From: Escherichia phage vB_Ec-G1
Direction: 5' to 3' (one strand)
Sequence record: PQ433349.1
Length of the DNA: 64,000 nt
In this document: piece after piece, positions 54,883-64,000 of the stretch
Position numbering within the stretch: the stretch's first letter is position 1
How the letters are laid out: every line of letters starts with the position of its first letter
Translations under genes and position numbers: made by a program
The notes under the pieces: model-generated
Seen by the model: only the letters and a program-made list of their open reading frames with translations
Told to the model about the DNA's origin: nothing
The model's database searches: none

Positions 54883-54888
54883 TTTCCC

Positions 54889-54918
54889 TTGACACGAAGT
54901 TTCTATATGTGTTACAAT
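54889..54918 (+). promoter_or_regulatory. sigma70-type promoter upstream of baseplate genes
   Basis: TTGACA, 18-nt spacer, TACAAT. Confidence 0.6.
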
Positions 54919-54977
54919 AATCAATATGGGAAGATCTTGCATCTTCCTTTTGGCATTATCATTACTACGAGGTTATC

Positions 54978-55679
54978 ATGGCAGCAATGACTCCACAACA
55001 GTCGGTGAGAGCCGTCTATAAGGCAGAACAGGAAATCAACTCTACCGAGAATAAAAATACCTCGGCATCTACCGTAAAGGGTGATAATGGTTTCTGTATT
55101 TTAGCAAGTGTTTATAATAGTTCAAGCGATCAATACATTCAAAACTTTAAAGCAATTACTTTCGATTCAGTCCCTGAAATAGGTGTAACTCGTGAAGCAG
55201 ACGTTACAAGTTTTCCTGTGGAATCAGGATCGGATGTAAGCGATCATGTTCAGATAAAAAATAACAGATTTAAACTTTCAGGTATAATTACCGAAACACC
55301 AATTCGGCTTATGCGAGATCAATTATACAGTGCAGGTGTAAATGGAGCAAGGATTTCTCAAGCAATAGAATATCTAGACCAAATATTTGAGGCAAGACAA
55401 CCAATAGTTCTTTTGACAGAACACAGAACTTTTGAAAATGTTATCCTCAAAGGTTATTCGTATGATTATAAATCTGAATTTGCTATGCAATTTGATTTAG
55501 AGTTTGAACAAATCCGTCTCGTTTCTAAGGCCACTACTAACGCTATTGCTGTAAAAACAGCACCAAATAAGTCAACTGGTGGTGATGTGAAAGGTCAAGT
55601 TGCTTCGAATGGTCCTAAGTCAGATATTACAGTAAGAACTGCTGAAGCTACTAATACCCCAACAAACAACGGAGGTTAA
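54978..55679 (+). CDS. hypothetical tail/baseplate protein
   Basis: Plus ORF after tape measure. Confidence 0.5.
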   Translation: MAAMTPQQSVRAVYKAEQEINSTENKNTSASTVKGDNGFCILASVYNSSSDQYIQNFKAITFDSVPEIGVTREADVTSFPVESGSDVSDHVQIKNNRFKLSGIITETPIRLMRDQLYSAGVNGARISQAIEYLDQIFEARQPIVLLTEHRTFENVILKGYSYDYKSEFAMQFDLEFEQIRLVSKATTNAIAVKTAPNKSTGGDVKGQVASNGPKSDITVRTAEATNTPTNNGG

Positions 55680-55681
55680 TA

Positions 55682-56095
55682 GTGACAACTTATTCTAAAA
55701 CAACAAGGTCTACAAGTAATACAGGCTACAGTGCAGTTTATCTGGAGGACCATTCTACTTATTTTGCATGGTATCTGAAAACTGAAGAGTACCCTGATCA
55801 AACATATACAGTTACATTGGATGGAGTTGATTATGACATTCGTTTAAGGTGGAACACTAGGGACGAGTCTTGGCAATGTCAGATAGGATTATCTGGAGAT
55901 GATCCAAGTATAAGTTTCAAAGTTACAAATGGTTTAGATCTTCTTAAACCTTATAAATATCTTGAAAGTGTGCCAGATGGTCAATTGTATATAGTAGATA
56001 CAGTTAAGATTAATGGTCGTCCTGGGTATACAACTACAGGTCGAGATAAACGTTTTGTATTGGTTTATATTGATAACAAACCTAATCAGGCGTAA
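55682..56095 (+). CDS. hypothetical tail/baseplate protein
   Basis: Plus ORF. Confidence 0.5.
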   Translation: MTTYSKTTRSTSNTGYSAVYLEDHSTYFAWYLKTEEYPDQTYTVTLDGVDYDIRLRWNTRDESWQCQIGLSGDDPSISFKVTNGLDLLKPYKYLESVPDGQLYIVDTVKINGRPGYTTTGRDKRFVLVYIDNKPNQA

Positions 56096-56104
56096 GGAGA
56101 TAAT

Positions 56105-57115
56105 ATGGCAGAAAGAGAGTATACAAAAGCTCCTGCCCCTAATTTAAACAGGGCATACAAATTATTAATTGGTTCTGCCACAAACACAATACAGAAGAGA
56201 ACTAAGAACTCGGCATTTAAATCTACAGTAGATTTGGATACCAAGTTAGGGACAACAGAAAAATCCTCTTCTAATTTGTATTTGTTGCAAGACCATCAAA
56301 TAACCTTCAGTATTAAGAAAGATAATAACAAAGATCCTAACCAAGCAGAGATTGTAGTTTATAACCTTTCGGATGATACTGTTAACTATATAAACCGTGG
56401 TATCCGAAATAACTTGGCTGTTGCTTTAGCGGTAGGATACGAAGGTGAAGAGTTGGTTATGGTCTTCAAAGGAACTATCCAGTGGGTTAGTGATACTTTT
56501 GACTCGGTAGACAGGAAAACCACTTTACACTGTTTGGATGGCGGTATTAACATTGCAGAAGCAAGAACAAGCCGCAGTTATCCAAAAGGAACTAAAATCA
56601 AACGTGTTGTGACAGATTTGGTAAAGGATTTAGGAACTACAGAAGGTAATATACACGTAGATAATGATCAAACCTTATCCTCAGCAACAGCTATGTGTGG
56701 AAACACTTCACATTACCTAGAACATATTTGTAAAAGTATTGATCACAATGTGTCAATACAAGATGGATCTGTTTATGTCACTCCTCGTTCACAAATGTCT
56801 AGTGCACGTAGCGCCTACATTAGCCCTGAAACTGGTCTGATAGGAAGTCCAGAACCATTCCACAACGATATAAAACCTACTAAAAAAGTTACCAAGTCAT
56901 CTAAGAAGGCAAAGAAACCTACAGATGGTGTTAAATTCAAATGCCAAATGAATGGTGCAATATTACCAGAAAAAACAATCTGGTTAAAAAGCCGAGATTA
57001 TGATGGTCCATTTAAAGTTGTTTCTGTTTCTCACAATGGTGATAAAGAGGGTAAAGAGTGGGTTACTGAAGTGGAGTGTGTATCCGTGTCTGAAATAATG
57101 ACTAAGGAGAAATAA
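56105..57115 (+). CDS. hypothetical baseplate hub-like protein
   Basis: 336-aa ORF preceding spike-like gene. Confidence 0.5.
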   Translation: MAEREYTKAPAPNLNRAYKLLIGSATNTIQKRTKNSAFKSTVDLDTKLGTTEKSSSNLYLLQDHQITFSIKKDNNKDPNQAEIVVYNLSDDTVNYINRGIRNNLAVALAVGYEGEELVMVFKGTIQWVSDTFDSVDRKTTLHCLDGGINIAEARTSRSYPKGTKIKRVVTDLVKDLGTTEGNIHVDNDQTLSSATAMCGNTSHYLEHICKSIDHNVSIQDGSVYVTPRSQMSSARSAYISPETGLIGSPEPFHNDIKPTKKVTKSSKKAKKPTDGVKFKCQMNGAILPEKTIWLKSRDYDGPFKVVSVSHNGDKEGKEWVTEVECVSVSEIMTKEK

Positions 57116-57849
57116 TGGATGCATTAAATTTTGTCACAGCAATGCGTGGCTTAATGACAGAACAATTAGCAGAAGTCCATACAGCCCTGCCAGTCCGTGT
57201 GACTGGCGTTAATTATGGTGCTAAAACTGTCACTTTAGAATCTATTGTTAAAAACACACGATCTAGTGAAGATGAAATAGATTACCCTACTTTTGAAGAT
57301 GTTCCTTTTATGGTTAATGGGGGTGGGACAGGAAGAATCTCATTCCCTATTAAAGCTGGCGATTTAGGAACTGTTATATTTTCTGAAAGAGATCCTTCTA
57401 ATGCACTGCAAACTAGTGGGGAAACCTCTTCATCATCCACTTTTATGCAGCCTTGTGGATTATACCCTATTTGTTTTATTCCTAAAATAGCTACAGGAAC
57501 AGATTCAACAGAAGCTGTAGATTCTGAAAAGGTGGTTATTTCTAATAACAAAAACACATACGCTTCTTTCGACCCCACAGGAAATATCTCAATATGGAAT
57601 AGTCAAGGGATGAAAATAGATATTACTACCTCTGGCATCACTATTACAGATGGCACAGGGACTTTGGATCTAAAAGGTGGTAATTTAACTTTCAAAGGCG
57701 GCGTAGCAGATATCAATGGTCTTAAAATAGATCAGAATGGTTTGATGACAGATGGCAATGGCATCGGATTCCATACTCACACGCACACGGTTCGTAACAT
57801 TCAGAGCGGTAACTCAAGTGCCGAGTCCTTAAAACCAACAGGAGCCTAA
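57115..57849 (+). CDS. baseplate central spike (gpV-like)
   Basis: G/T-rich beta-strand repeats and C-terminal HTHTH motif typical of spike apex. Confidence 0.6.
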   Translation: MDALNFVTAMRGLMTEQLAEVHTALPVRVTGVNYGAKTVTLESIVKNTRSSEDEIDYPTFEDVPFMVNGGGTGRISFPIKAGDLGTVIFSERDPSNALQTSGETSSSSTFMQPCGLYPICFIPKIATGTDSTEAVDSEKVVISNNKNTYASFDPTGNISIWNSQGMKIDITTSGITITDGTGTLDLKGGNLTFKGGVADINGLKIDQNGLMTDGNGIGFHTHTHTVRNIQSGNSSAESLKPTGA

Positions 57850-57850
57850 C

Positions 57851-58477
57851 ATGGGAATCCCTTTTGACTTAAAACTTGGGCCAAACAACGACCTCATCAT
57901 GGATGATGGGGATTTGGTCCTCACTACAACCAGAACAGAAATTGCAGCACAAACTCTTGGGATAACTCTGAACACGTATCGTGGGGAGTGGTTTTTAAAT
58001 ACTAACTTCGGTGTTCCTTACTTACAAGAGATTATTGGTGTTGCTAGAAAGAAAGATATTGTAGACAGAATATTTTTAGCAGAGATTGCCAAAAACGTTT
58101 ACATAGATACAATAAACAGTTATAAATCTGCTTATGACATGGACCAACGTTATTATTCAATGACAGTTATGGTCACAGTTGGAGCAGATACAGTAACATC
58201 TATATTCAATACTCAACCTTCTGAAGAGTTTATTTACCCTGAAGCTGGTGAAGACAATGCAGCGATCATTTGTGAAGCTTACAGTATTGTTGAGAATTCG
58301 AATAGACTTTATCGCTTTATCAACTTTGTTGGTTTGCCACGTGATACCTACTCTACTTGGTGGAATGAATGGTCTACAGAGTCAGCAGTGGAAAGAATCA
58401 TGGTTAACGAAAAAGGTGATGCATTAGCTACAAACAATAACTTCGGTATAACAGCTATGACAGGAGTAGAAGAGTAA
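57851..58477 (+). CDS. baseplate wedge protein (gp25/GpW-like)
   Basis: N-terminal GEWFLNTNFGVPY segment resembles the gp25/GpW family; position after spike. Confidence 0.55.
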   Translation: MGIPFDLKLGPNNDLIMDDGDLVLTTTRTEIAAQTLGITLNTYRGEWFLNTNFGVPYLQEIIGVARKKDIVDRIFLAEIAKNVYIDTINSYKSAYDMDQRYYSMTVMVTVGADTVTSIFNTQPSEEFIYPEAGEDNAAIICEAYSIVENSNRLYRFINFVGLPRDTYSTWWNEWSTESAVERIMVNEKGDALATNNNFGITAMTGVEE

Positions 58478-58950
58478 TGGCAGATTTAACTACGATCAAA
58501 ATTTCTGATCTTACACAAACAACCTCTGTGTCTGATACAGATTTCTTTGTAACAGATCAGGCTGGAATAACAAAGAAAACTTCTTTGAAAGTGCTGTTGA
58601 GTGGTGCAGGGGTAACTAGAAACCGTCTGAATGCACGGGGAACAGTAACTAGCACCCTGGCATTAGATATTAGTTCGGCAGAATATTTTTCAGCAACTTT
58701 ATCTTCTGCAACGTGCACAATTAGTTTTACTAATATTCCAGTAGCAACAAATGCAGTTTTAAACTTTACTTTAGCTTTGCGTCAAGGAAGTGGTGCAAAT
58801 AAAGTCGTATGGCCTTCTTCTGTAAAATGGAGTTTTGGTCGTTCCCCAGTTTTGAGTTATCGTCAAGGTGCAACAGACACTTTTGAGTTTATCAGTTATG
58901 ATAATGGAGCAACTTGGACAGGTAGCTTAGTTTTAGCAGGAGTTATTTAA
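58477..58950 (+). CDS. hypothetical baseplate protein
   Basis: ATGA-coupled ORF. Confidence 0.5.
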   Translation: MADLTTIKISDLTQTTSVSDTDFFVTDQAGITKKTSLKVLLSGAGVTRNRLNARGTVTSTLALDISSAEYFSATLSSATCTISFTNIPVATNAVLNFTLALRQGSGANKVVWPSSVKWSFGRSPVLSYRQGATDTFEFISYDNGATWTGSLVLAGVI

Positions 58951-61826
58951 TGTCAAGAGTTAAGCACAATATTGACAACACGTTTCAGTTGATTGAAGGG
59001 TTGGTTCAGTTTTTGGAAAGAAATACTGGGCTTACCATAGATCCTACGGTTCAGCATTACATTATCAACCCACAAAACGTATTGGCGAACAACAGACACT
59101 TTATTAACTGGACAGCGCAGGAAGGGCAACCAAACGGTGACGCTACTACCGAAGGTCAATCTGTGCTTATCACTGGTTTTGCTTATGCATATTTGGCTAC
59201 AGGGGATAAAAAATATCTTGAATCTGCCGAGAAGTATTGGCAAGCCTATATAGATCACTTCTTCGGGGGCCAACCTATTCCTGATCCTCCGGCTAAATAT
59301 CGTCCCAACTGGATCATCAATGGTAAAGAACCACGTTTAGCACACTACCCTCTCACAGATGATGGATATCCTACGCACGGCGGGTTCAAAGGTAGCATGA
59401 TGACTTGGATTAACGGAAGGACTGTTATTCCTAAAGGTGCGCCACACTGGGGAGAATACTTAGATAAAGCTTGGTTTGCTTTCAATGGTAATCTTGGTTG
59501 GAACTCTGTTAACGCAACAGTGTATGCAATTAACCCAGATGGTTCAACCAACTGGAAAGAATATGGAGATCAGTGGGACGTTGAATGGATTATAGATCGT
59601 CTAGGACGTAAAGTTGACTGGGATGGTAACATTTTATCTACTGGTCATAGCTTTGCAGAATATGGAACAGTGCAACTTAAAAACGCTTCTGTGAACGGTG
59701 ACTATAAATTCAACTACGCTACATGCAACCCTGTAGAACACGGTGGGTATCTACTTAAGCGTAATGAGATGTGGCATAACCGTCCTGTAAACGTTCCGGT
59801 AGAGTTAGGTTATCAAGATAATGCTTCCGATGCTGAAACGTGGTGGTGTGATGCAAACTACTTGATGTATCAGATCACAGGAGAGAGAAAATACTGGCTT
59901 TGCTGGCAATCTTCTTTATTGTTGTGTCAAGACTACTCAAACATCGATATGTTTGATAAATTCTTCCGTAGATCTACGTCAGCAATAATTCCTTTTACAG
60001 ATGGTATCTCTTATGATTACTCATACCCATCTACAGCAATACCTAAATATTCTCGTGACGAATTAGGATACACAGTAATTCGCCAAGATGTTTCAGCACA
60101 AACAACTCTAGAACAACAGGCAGTTTGGTTCAGAGTGGATCAGAATTCAAAACTGCGTATTGAGTTTCAAGGTGTAGATGATGCAGGGGAAGGCGTTCTT
60201 TTCCGTCCAGAGTTAGAATTAAGCAAGACTAAGAGTGAAACAGACACAGTGACATATCGTTGTGGCTTACCTCTTGGTGCAGCTAATATGACTAAGATGG
60301 ATATACCTCTATCTAGTTTTATGCGCACCGAACCTCCTGGAGGTGGTGTATATATTATTGCTGAACCTAGAATCATTGTTGACTGGGGAAGCAATACTGT
60401 GATACAATATAAATATGCAACTGGTATTGCTGGGACAAATAGTGATCAGATAGTTTCTGCTAATATGGATTCAGATGGTGGTTTTACTATTGGGTTTTGG
60501 TTAACACCAACTAAAACAACCAATTTAAAATCTATTACGTATCGTTCATACGCAGATGATTTTAACATCACTATTACGGATTCCGCAGGTTGGAGATGGT
60601 GGGCCATGTTAGAAAAAACAAATTCTACATGGGTTACTAAAGCTTTAAGTCCTGCTGATTTCAAATTAAGCACTTGGCAACCCAATCATAACGACACAGA
60701 GACAAAACCTTCGTCAATAAACCTGACTGCTGTTGATCAGATCAACATTGCATTGGATTCTGAACCTGCAAATGGCTTGACAGGGGCAATCGACTTTTAT
60801 TGCGTTAACGATATCCCATCTTTGTATTCTTCAGCCGCTGGTGATGATTACACAATGTATTTCAGGGTTACAGTTTCATCTGAAAATCCTTATACAGCAA
60901 AACTTGGAGATTGTACAATACTGGACTACAAACTTGACAGTTTGAATTATACTCCAGGAATCATTCCATTTTCCAATATTAGTGATCCTAACACAGCATT
61001 ATATGACGGTTGGCGTGGTATTCCTTACCCAGGTTATCAATACCCATCCTTATATTGTTTTAAAGGGAGAGATATTGACTGGGTTCGTATGAACAACAGT
61101 ATAGACTTTTTATATGATTCACAAATGTGGTTTTATAATAAGTTTGCTCCTGTAATGCCTGGGCCAATGGCACAAGCTTATGTTTGGGATCGTTGGGATG
61201 CTCATAAATATGGAAACAAAAATGAGTTCACAATGTATCATTGGAACGATAAAGCTTGGGATGGTTATGAAGCACGAGCATTCTTCTGTGCGTGTCATAC
61301 GGTATACGAACTGAAACAACGAGGAGCCGAAGTTCCTGAAAAACTTTTAACAGTTTGTAAAAACTGGATCAACTATCTGAAATGGTTCCAAGATAACAAC
61401 GAAGGAAGAACACCAACAATATTTTATCCCAATGGAGAAGTGGCTGCGCCTGTAGATGACTTTACAAGTCACATGTCTGCGCTCTTTATGGCGGGATGTG
61501 CTATAATGGGGATGGCTGGATATGATTCAGAAATTCCTAACATTAGAATAGTAGCAGACCGCTGTTTTGAACTTATTCAGGAAAACTATATTGTTCTTGG
61601 TCCTAATCACGTCATGAATGGTTGTTGGAGTGCCGCTCCTAGACCAGACAGTGATAACGGAGTCTTCTTTGGCTTCCACGCTGGAGAGTTGTTACGTGGT
61701 TTTGGGTTGTATGCTTTATACAAAAAACTTAATCCCCAAAATGCATTACCTGTTTTGGATTCGAGCAATATTCCTGCACTTACTGTTTTGACAATGGCAA
61801 ACATTAGTGTGGACGTTACCGAGTAA
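58950..61826 (+). CDS. large baseplate/tail fiber-associated protein (958 aa), possible glycosidase-like domains
   Basis: Long ORF after wedge genes; helical segments (ITGFAYAYLATGDKKYLESAEKYWQAY; MAGCAIMGMAGYD) reminiscent of alpha/alpha-toroid glycosidases. Confidence 0.5.
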   Translation: MSRVKHNIDNTFQLIEGLVQFLERNTGLTIDPTVQHYIINPQNVLANNRHFINWTAQEGQPNGDATTEGQSVLITGFAYAYLATGDKKYLESAEKYWQAYIDHFFGGQPIPDPPAKYRPNWIINGKEPRLAHYPLTDDGYPTHGGFKGSMMTWINGRTVIPKGAPHWGEYLDKAWFAFNGNLGWNSVNATVYAINPDGSTNWKEYGDQWDVEWIIDRLGRKVDWDGNILSTGHSFAEYGTVQLKNASVNGDYKFNYATCNPVEHGGYLLKRNEMWHNRPVNVPVELGYQDNASDAETWWCDANYLMYQITGERKYWLCWQSSLLLCQDYSNIDMFDKFFRRSTSAIIPFTDGISYDYSYPSTAIPKYSRDELGYTVIRQDVSAQTTLEQQAVWFRVDQNSKLRIEFQGVDDAGEGVLFRPELELSKTKSETDTVTYRCGLPLGAANMTKMDIPLSSFMRTEPPGGGVYIIAEPRIIVDWGSNTVIQYKYATGIAGTNSDQIVSANMDSDGGFTIGFWLTPTKTTNLKSITYRSYADDFNITITDSAGWRWWAMLEKTNSTWVTKALSPADFKLSTWQPNHNDTETKPSSINLTAVDQINIALDSEPANGLTGAIDFYCVNDIPSLYSSAAGDDYTMYFRVTVSSENPYTAKLGDCTILDYKLDSLNYTPGIIPFSNISDPNTALYDGWRGIPYPGYQYPSLYCFKGRDIDWVRMNNSIDFLYDSQMWFYNKFAPVMPGPMAQAYVWDRWDAHKYGNKNEFTMYHWNDKAWDGYEARAFFCACHTVYELKQRGAEVPEKLLTVCKNWINYLKWFQDNNEGRTPTIFYPNGEVAAPVDDFTSHMSALFMAGCAIMGMAGYDSEIPNIRIVADRCFELIQENYIVLGPNHVMNGCWSAAPRPDSDNGVFFGFHAGELLRGFGLYALYKKLNPQNALPVLDSSNIPALTVLTMANISVDVTE

Positions 61827-61834
61827 GGGGTAAA

Positions 61835-63988
61835 ATGAAACAAGCTATATTTACTGTCACGCGAGACAAGAGAGTAAATGCGAGTTCATTTAACTACACG
61901 ACTGTTGACGGAACAGCAGTCGCTGGTAGAGATTATATAGCAAAATCGGGAACACTTGTGTTCCCTGATGATGCTGATTCTGCTACCATTGTGGTTGAAG
62001 TATTTGAACGACCAAAGAACTCAATAGATCTTAACTTCTCCCTCCAAGTTTCAGGGATTAGTCAAAATAACATGATGGTTGAAACGACCATCAATTGTAT
62101 TATAACTACTATCCAAGAAAATACTACTCCAATAACTTGGACTACAAAAGACGTTAAAATGTTCTCTCCTATGTATTGGACAATAGATTCTCAAGCAACG
62201 GAAAGTTGTTCTATTGTATCTCATGGAGACTCTTTTACTGCAAGATTTGTAAACAGAACAACAGCAGGTTTGGCAGGGGTTATCTGGAGCACAGTTGACA
62301 AATATGACCATAAAGGTGTTGGGTATTTACCCCACACAGATTTAAGTTCAGAGAAACTTTGGTTTAAAATGGAAATTAGTCAAAACATGCCAGGTTTTAA
62401 AGAAGAACCTTTGGTGCCAACTTTGACTGTAACTCTCTTGGATAAAAGTGTCCACTATGTTAGTTTAGGATTTTATGCTTCAGATATTTCAGAAGATGGT
62501 AAAACAGCTACAATCAAATTAGATTTTGGTAATATCTTCTCTGGTCCTAATAATGATATTCCTTTGGACATGAGTGCTGTAGATAATATTTTCTTCTCTT
62601 TGATTACAGCAAGGTATGAAGAAATAGAAGAGGTTGTACCTATTGACAGTCAAGAGGCTTGGTTTACTTTCACTCTTCTTGAACCTACCTCTGGTTACAG
62701 TATGATGAAAGTCAGCAACCTTGTCCAGCCTGAACATGATATTCGCATGTGCACATCTTATGATGATATGTATAACCTGACTCCAGAGAGAGTTATTTAT
62801 AATACGTATGCACTAGGTTATCGTGGAATGATTAACCATTACAACGGAATGTCTCACTATTATGAGTTCTCATGGAACGGAACATCTTGGGCTTTAAATA
62901 GATCTGTTTTCCTGAATCCGGCTACAGAAGCTTGGCTTAACAGTTTCCATTCTATAGCTAATGAAAATGGCTACACAATAATGAACTCTTTGAGTTTTGA
63001 GTTGATGAGCACAGTTTGTCCTGTAGAATGGGTTCAACATGATTGGAACGATGCTCTTGCAGCAACAGGTTATGAGCCGCCTAGTTATGTGTTATCTCCA
63101 ACAATTGATGAAGGTATGGAATATTTGCAAAATGTTATTAACAAAATAGCATCTATTTCTCAAGCTAACAATATTCCAGTCGTCATTCAAATTGGTGAAC
63201 CTTGGTGGTGGTATAATACAGCAAGTAAAATGCCTTGTATATATGATTACACTACCAAACTGGCATTCAATACAGAAACAGGCTTATTTGCACAAGATGC
63301 AGGAACAATAGATAATTATAAAACAGGAACGCCATTTGACGAATACTATGCATTTTTGTCTCGTAAACTAGGGTTAAGAGTTACAAAGTTTGCAACAGAT
63401 ACTAGAGCAACTTATCCAGGAGCTAAAGTAACATTGCTTCCATTCTTACCATCAATTATTGGCAACGGGTTGATGGAGAAAGTTAACTTTCCGTCTGATT
63501 ACTACATTCCTGAAGCTTTTGATTTTTACTGTTCGGAGTGTTACGACTGGCTTCTGGAAGGTAAAATGATGAAAGCATTTGATGCAATTACCATACCACA
63601 TGAAAAATTAGGTTTTGAATATTCTGATATTCACTACCTTTCAGGTTTTGTTCCAGATGCTACTCTTGCACCTTTGTATGGCTTTGATCCTAAATCAAAC
63701 TACCGCACATATCTTTGGAAGATGATTATAGGTAACATAGTGTTGAACGCCAATAAGTTTGACGGACTTACACAATATATATGGGCCTATCCTCAAATAA
63801 TGCATGATTCTATCACGGTAGTTAATTCTCAATCCCAAGTTTTCTATATGGGTAACGTGCCTTTGAACGTTTATTTACAGGATATCACTCTTAAACAGGT
63901 AAATGTTGAGATTGCCACCATAAGTGGAATTACATTAGCCACTAAATCTGGAGAAGATTTAGTAACAACACAAAAATTTTATATATAG
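61835..63988 (+). CDS. distal tail protein with N-terminal Calx-beta-like domain (717 aa)
   Basis: TTVDGTAVAGRDYIAKSGTLVFPDDADSATIVVEV matches Calx-beta consensus; large C-terminal domain. Confidence 0.5.
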   Translation: MKQAIFTVTRDKRVNASSFNYTTVDGTAVAGRDYIAKSGTLVFPDDADSATIVVEVFERPKNSIDLNFSLQVSGISQNNMMVETTINCIITTIQENTTPITWTTKDVKMFSPMYWTIDSQATESCSIVSHGDSFTARFVNRTTAGLAGVIWSTVDKYDHKGVGYLPHTDLSSEKLWFKMEISQNMPGFKEEPLVPTLTVTLLDKSVHYVSLGFYASDISEDGKTATIKLDFGNIFSGPNNDIPLDMSAVDNIFFSLITARYEEIEEVVPIDSQEAWFTFTLLEPTSGYSMMKVSNLVQPEHDIRMCTSYDDMYNLTPERVIYNTYALGYRGMINHYNGMSHYYEFSWNGTSWALNRSVFLNPATEAWLNSFHSIANENGYTIMNSLSFELMSTVCPVEWVQHDWNDALAATGYEPPSYVLSPTIDEGMEYLQNVINKIASISQANNIPVVIQIGEPWWWYNTASKMPCIYDYTTKLAFNTETGLFAQDAGTIDNYKTGTPFDEYYAFLSRKLGLRVTKFATDTRATYPGAKVTLLPFLPSIIGNGLMEKVNFPSDYYIPEAFDFYCSECYDWLLEGKMMKAFDAITIPHEKLGFEYSDIHYLSGFVPDATLAPLYGFDPKSNYRTYLWKMIIGNIVLNANKFDGLTQYIWAYPQIMHDSITVVNSQSQVFYMGNVPLNVYLQDITLKQVNVEIATISGITLATKSGEDLVTTQKFYI

Positions 63989-64000
63989 GAGTAAAAATGT

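Noticed and set aside
1-64000. CRISPR array or cas genes
   Set aside because: No direct-repeat/spacer periodicity was seen anywhere; the repeats present are short tandem or inverted motifs in regulatory regions.
1-64000. Prophage/temperate lifestyle (integrase, repressor, attachment site)
   Set aside because: No tyrosine or serine recombinase-like ORF or repressor was recognised; the gene content (RNR, lysozyme, tRNA island, homing endonuclease) fits a virulent phage. Other genome regions are unseen.

Overview
The window reads as a contiguous piece of a large virulent tailed dsDNA phage, AT-rich with Shine-Dalgarno-driven starts, and no integrase, repressor or CRISPR array was seen. Positions 1-35779 are a densely packed minus-strand early/middle block: class I ribonucleotide reductase (nrdA/nrdB) with an HNH-AP2 homing endonuclease between them, glutaredoxin, a complete dTDP-L-rhamnose pathway (rmlB-rmlA-rmlC-rmlD), a divergent ThyX-like protein, a HAD nucleotidase, a MazG-like NTP pyrophosphohydrolase, T4-type lysozyme, PhoH, an HslV-like peptidase, a Ser/Thr phosphatase, two small DNA methyltransferase-like proteins, ATP-dependent DNA ligase, a flap endonuclease, a DEDD exonuclease, RdgC-like protein, a three-gene kinase/RNA-ligase/phosphoesterase cassette, and many small hypothetical genes. 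Positions 35780-36260 are an AT-rich dyad-symmetric divergent control region. Positions 36261-39310 carry three small plus-strand genes and a tRNA island (11 canonical-looking tRNAs plus atypical and degenerate tRNA-like elements). Positions 39377-63988 are the plus-strand late module: embedded spanin pair, large terminase interrupted by a mini-intein in its Walker A motif, portal, scaffold, decoration-like and major capsid proteins, tail sheath, tube, chaperone with a -1 frameshift site, tape measure, baseplate proteins and two large distal tail proteins. The most interesting candidate system is a possible nucleotide/DNA modification island (rml operon, ThyX-like, nucleotidase, MazG, methyltransferase-like genes). 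All functional calls rest on motif recognition by eye and gene order; no database search was run.
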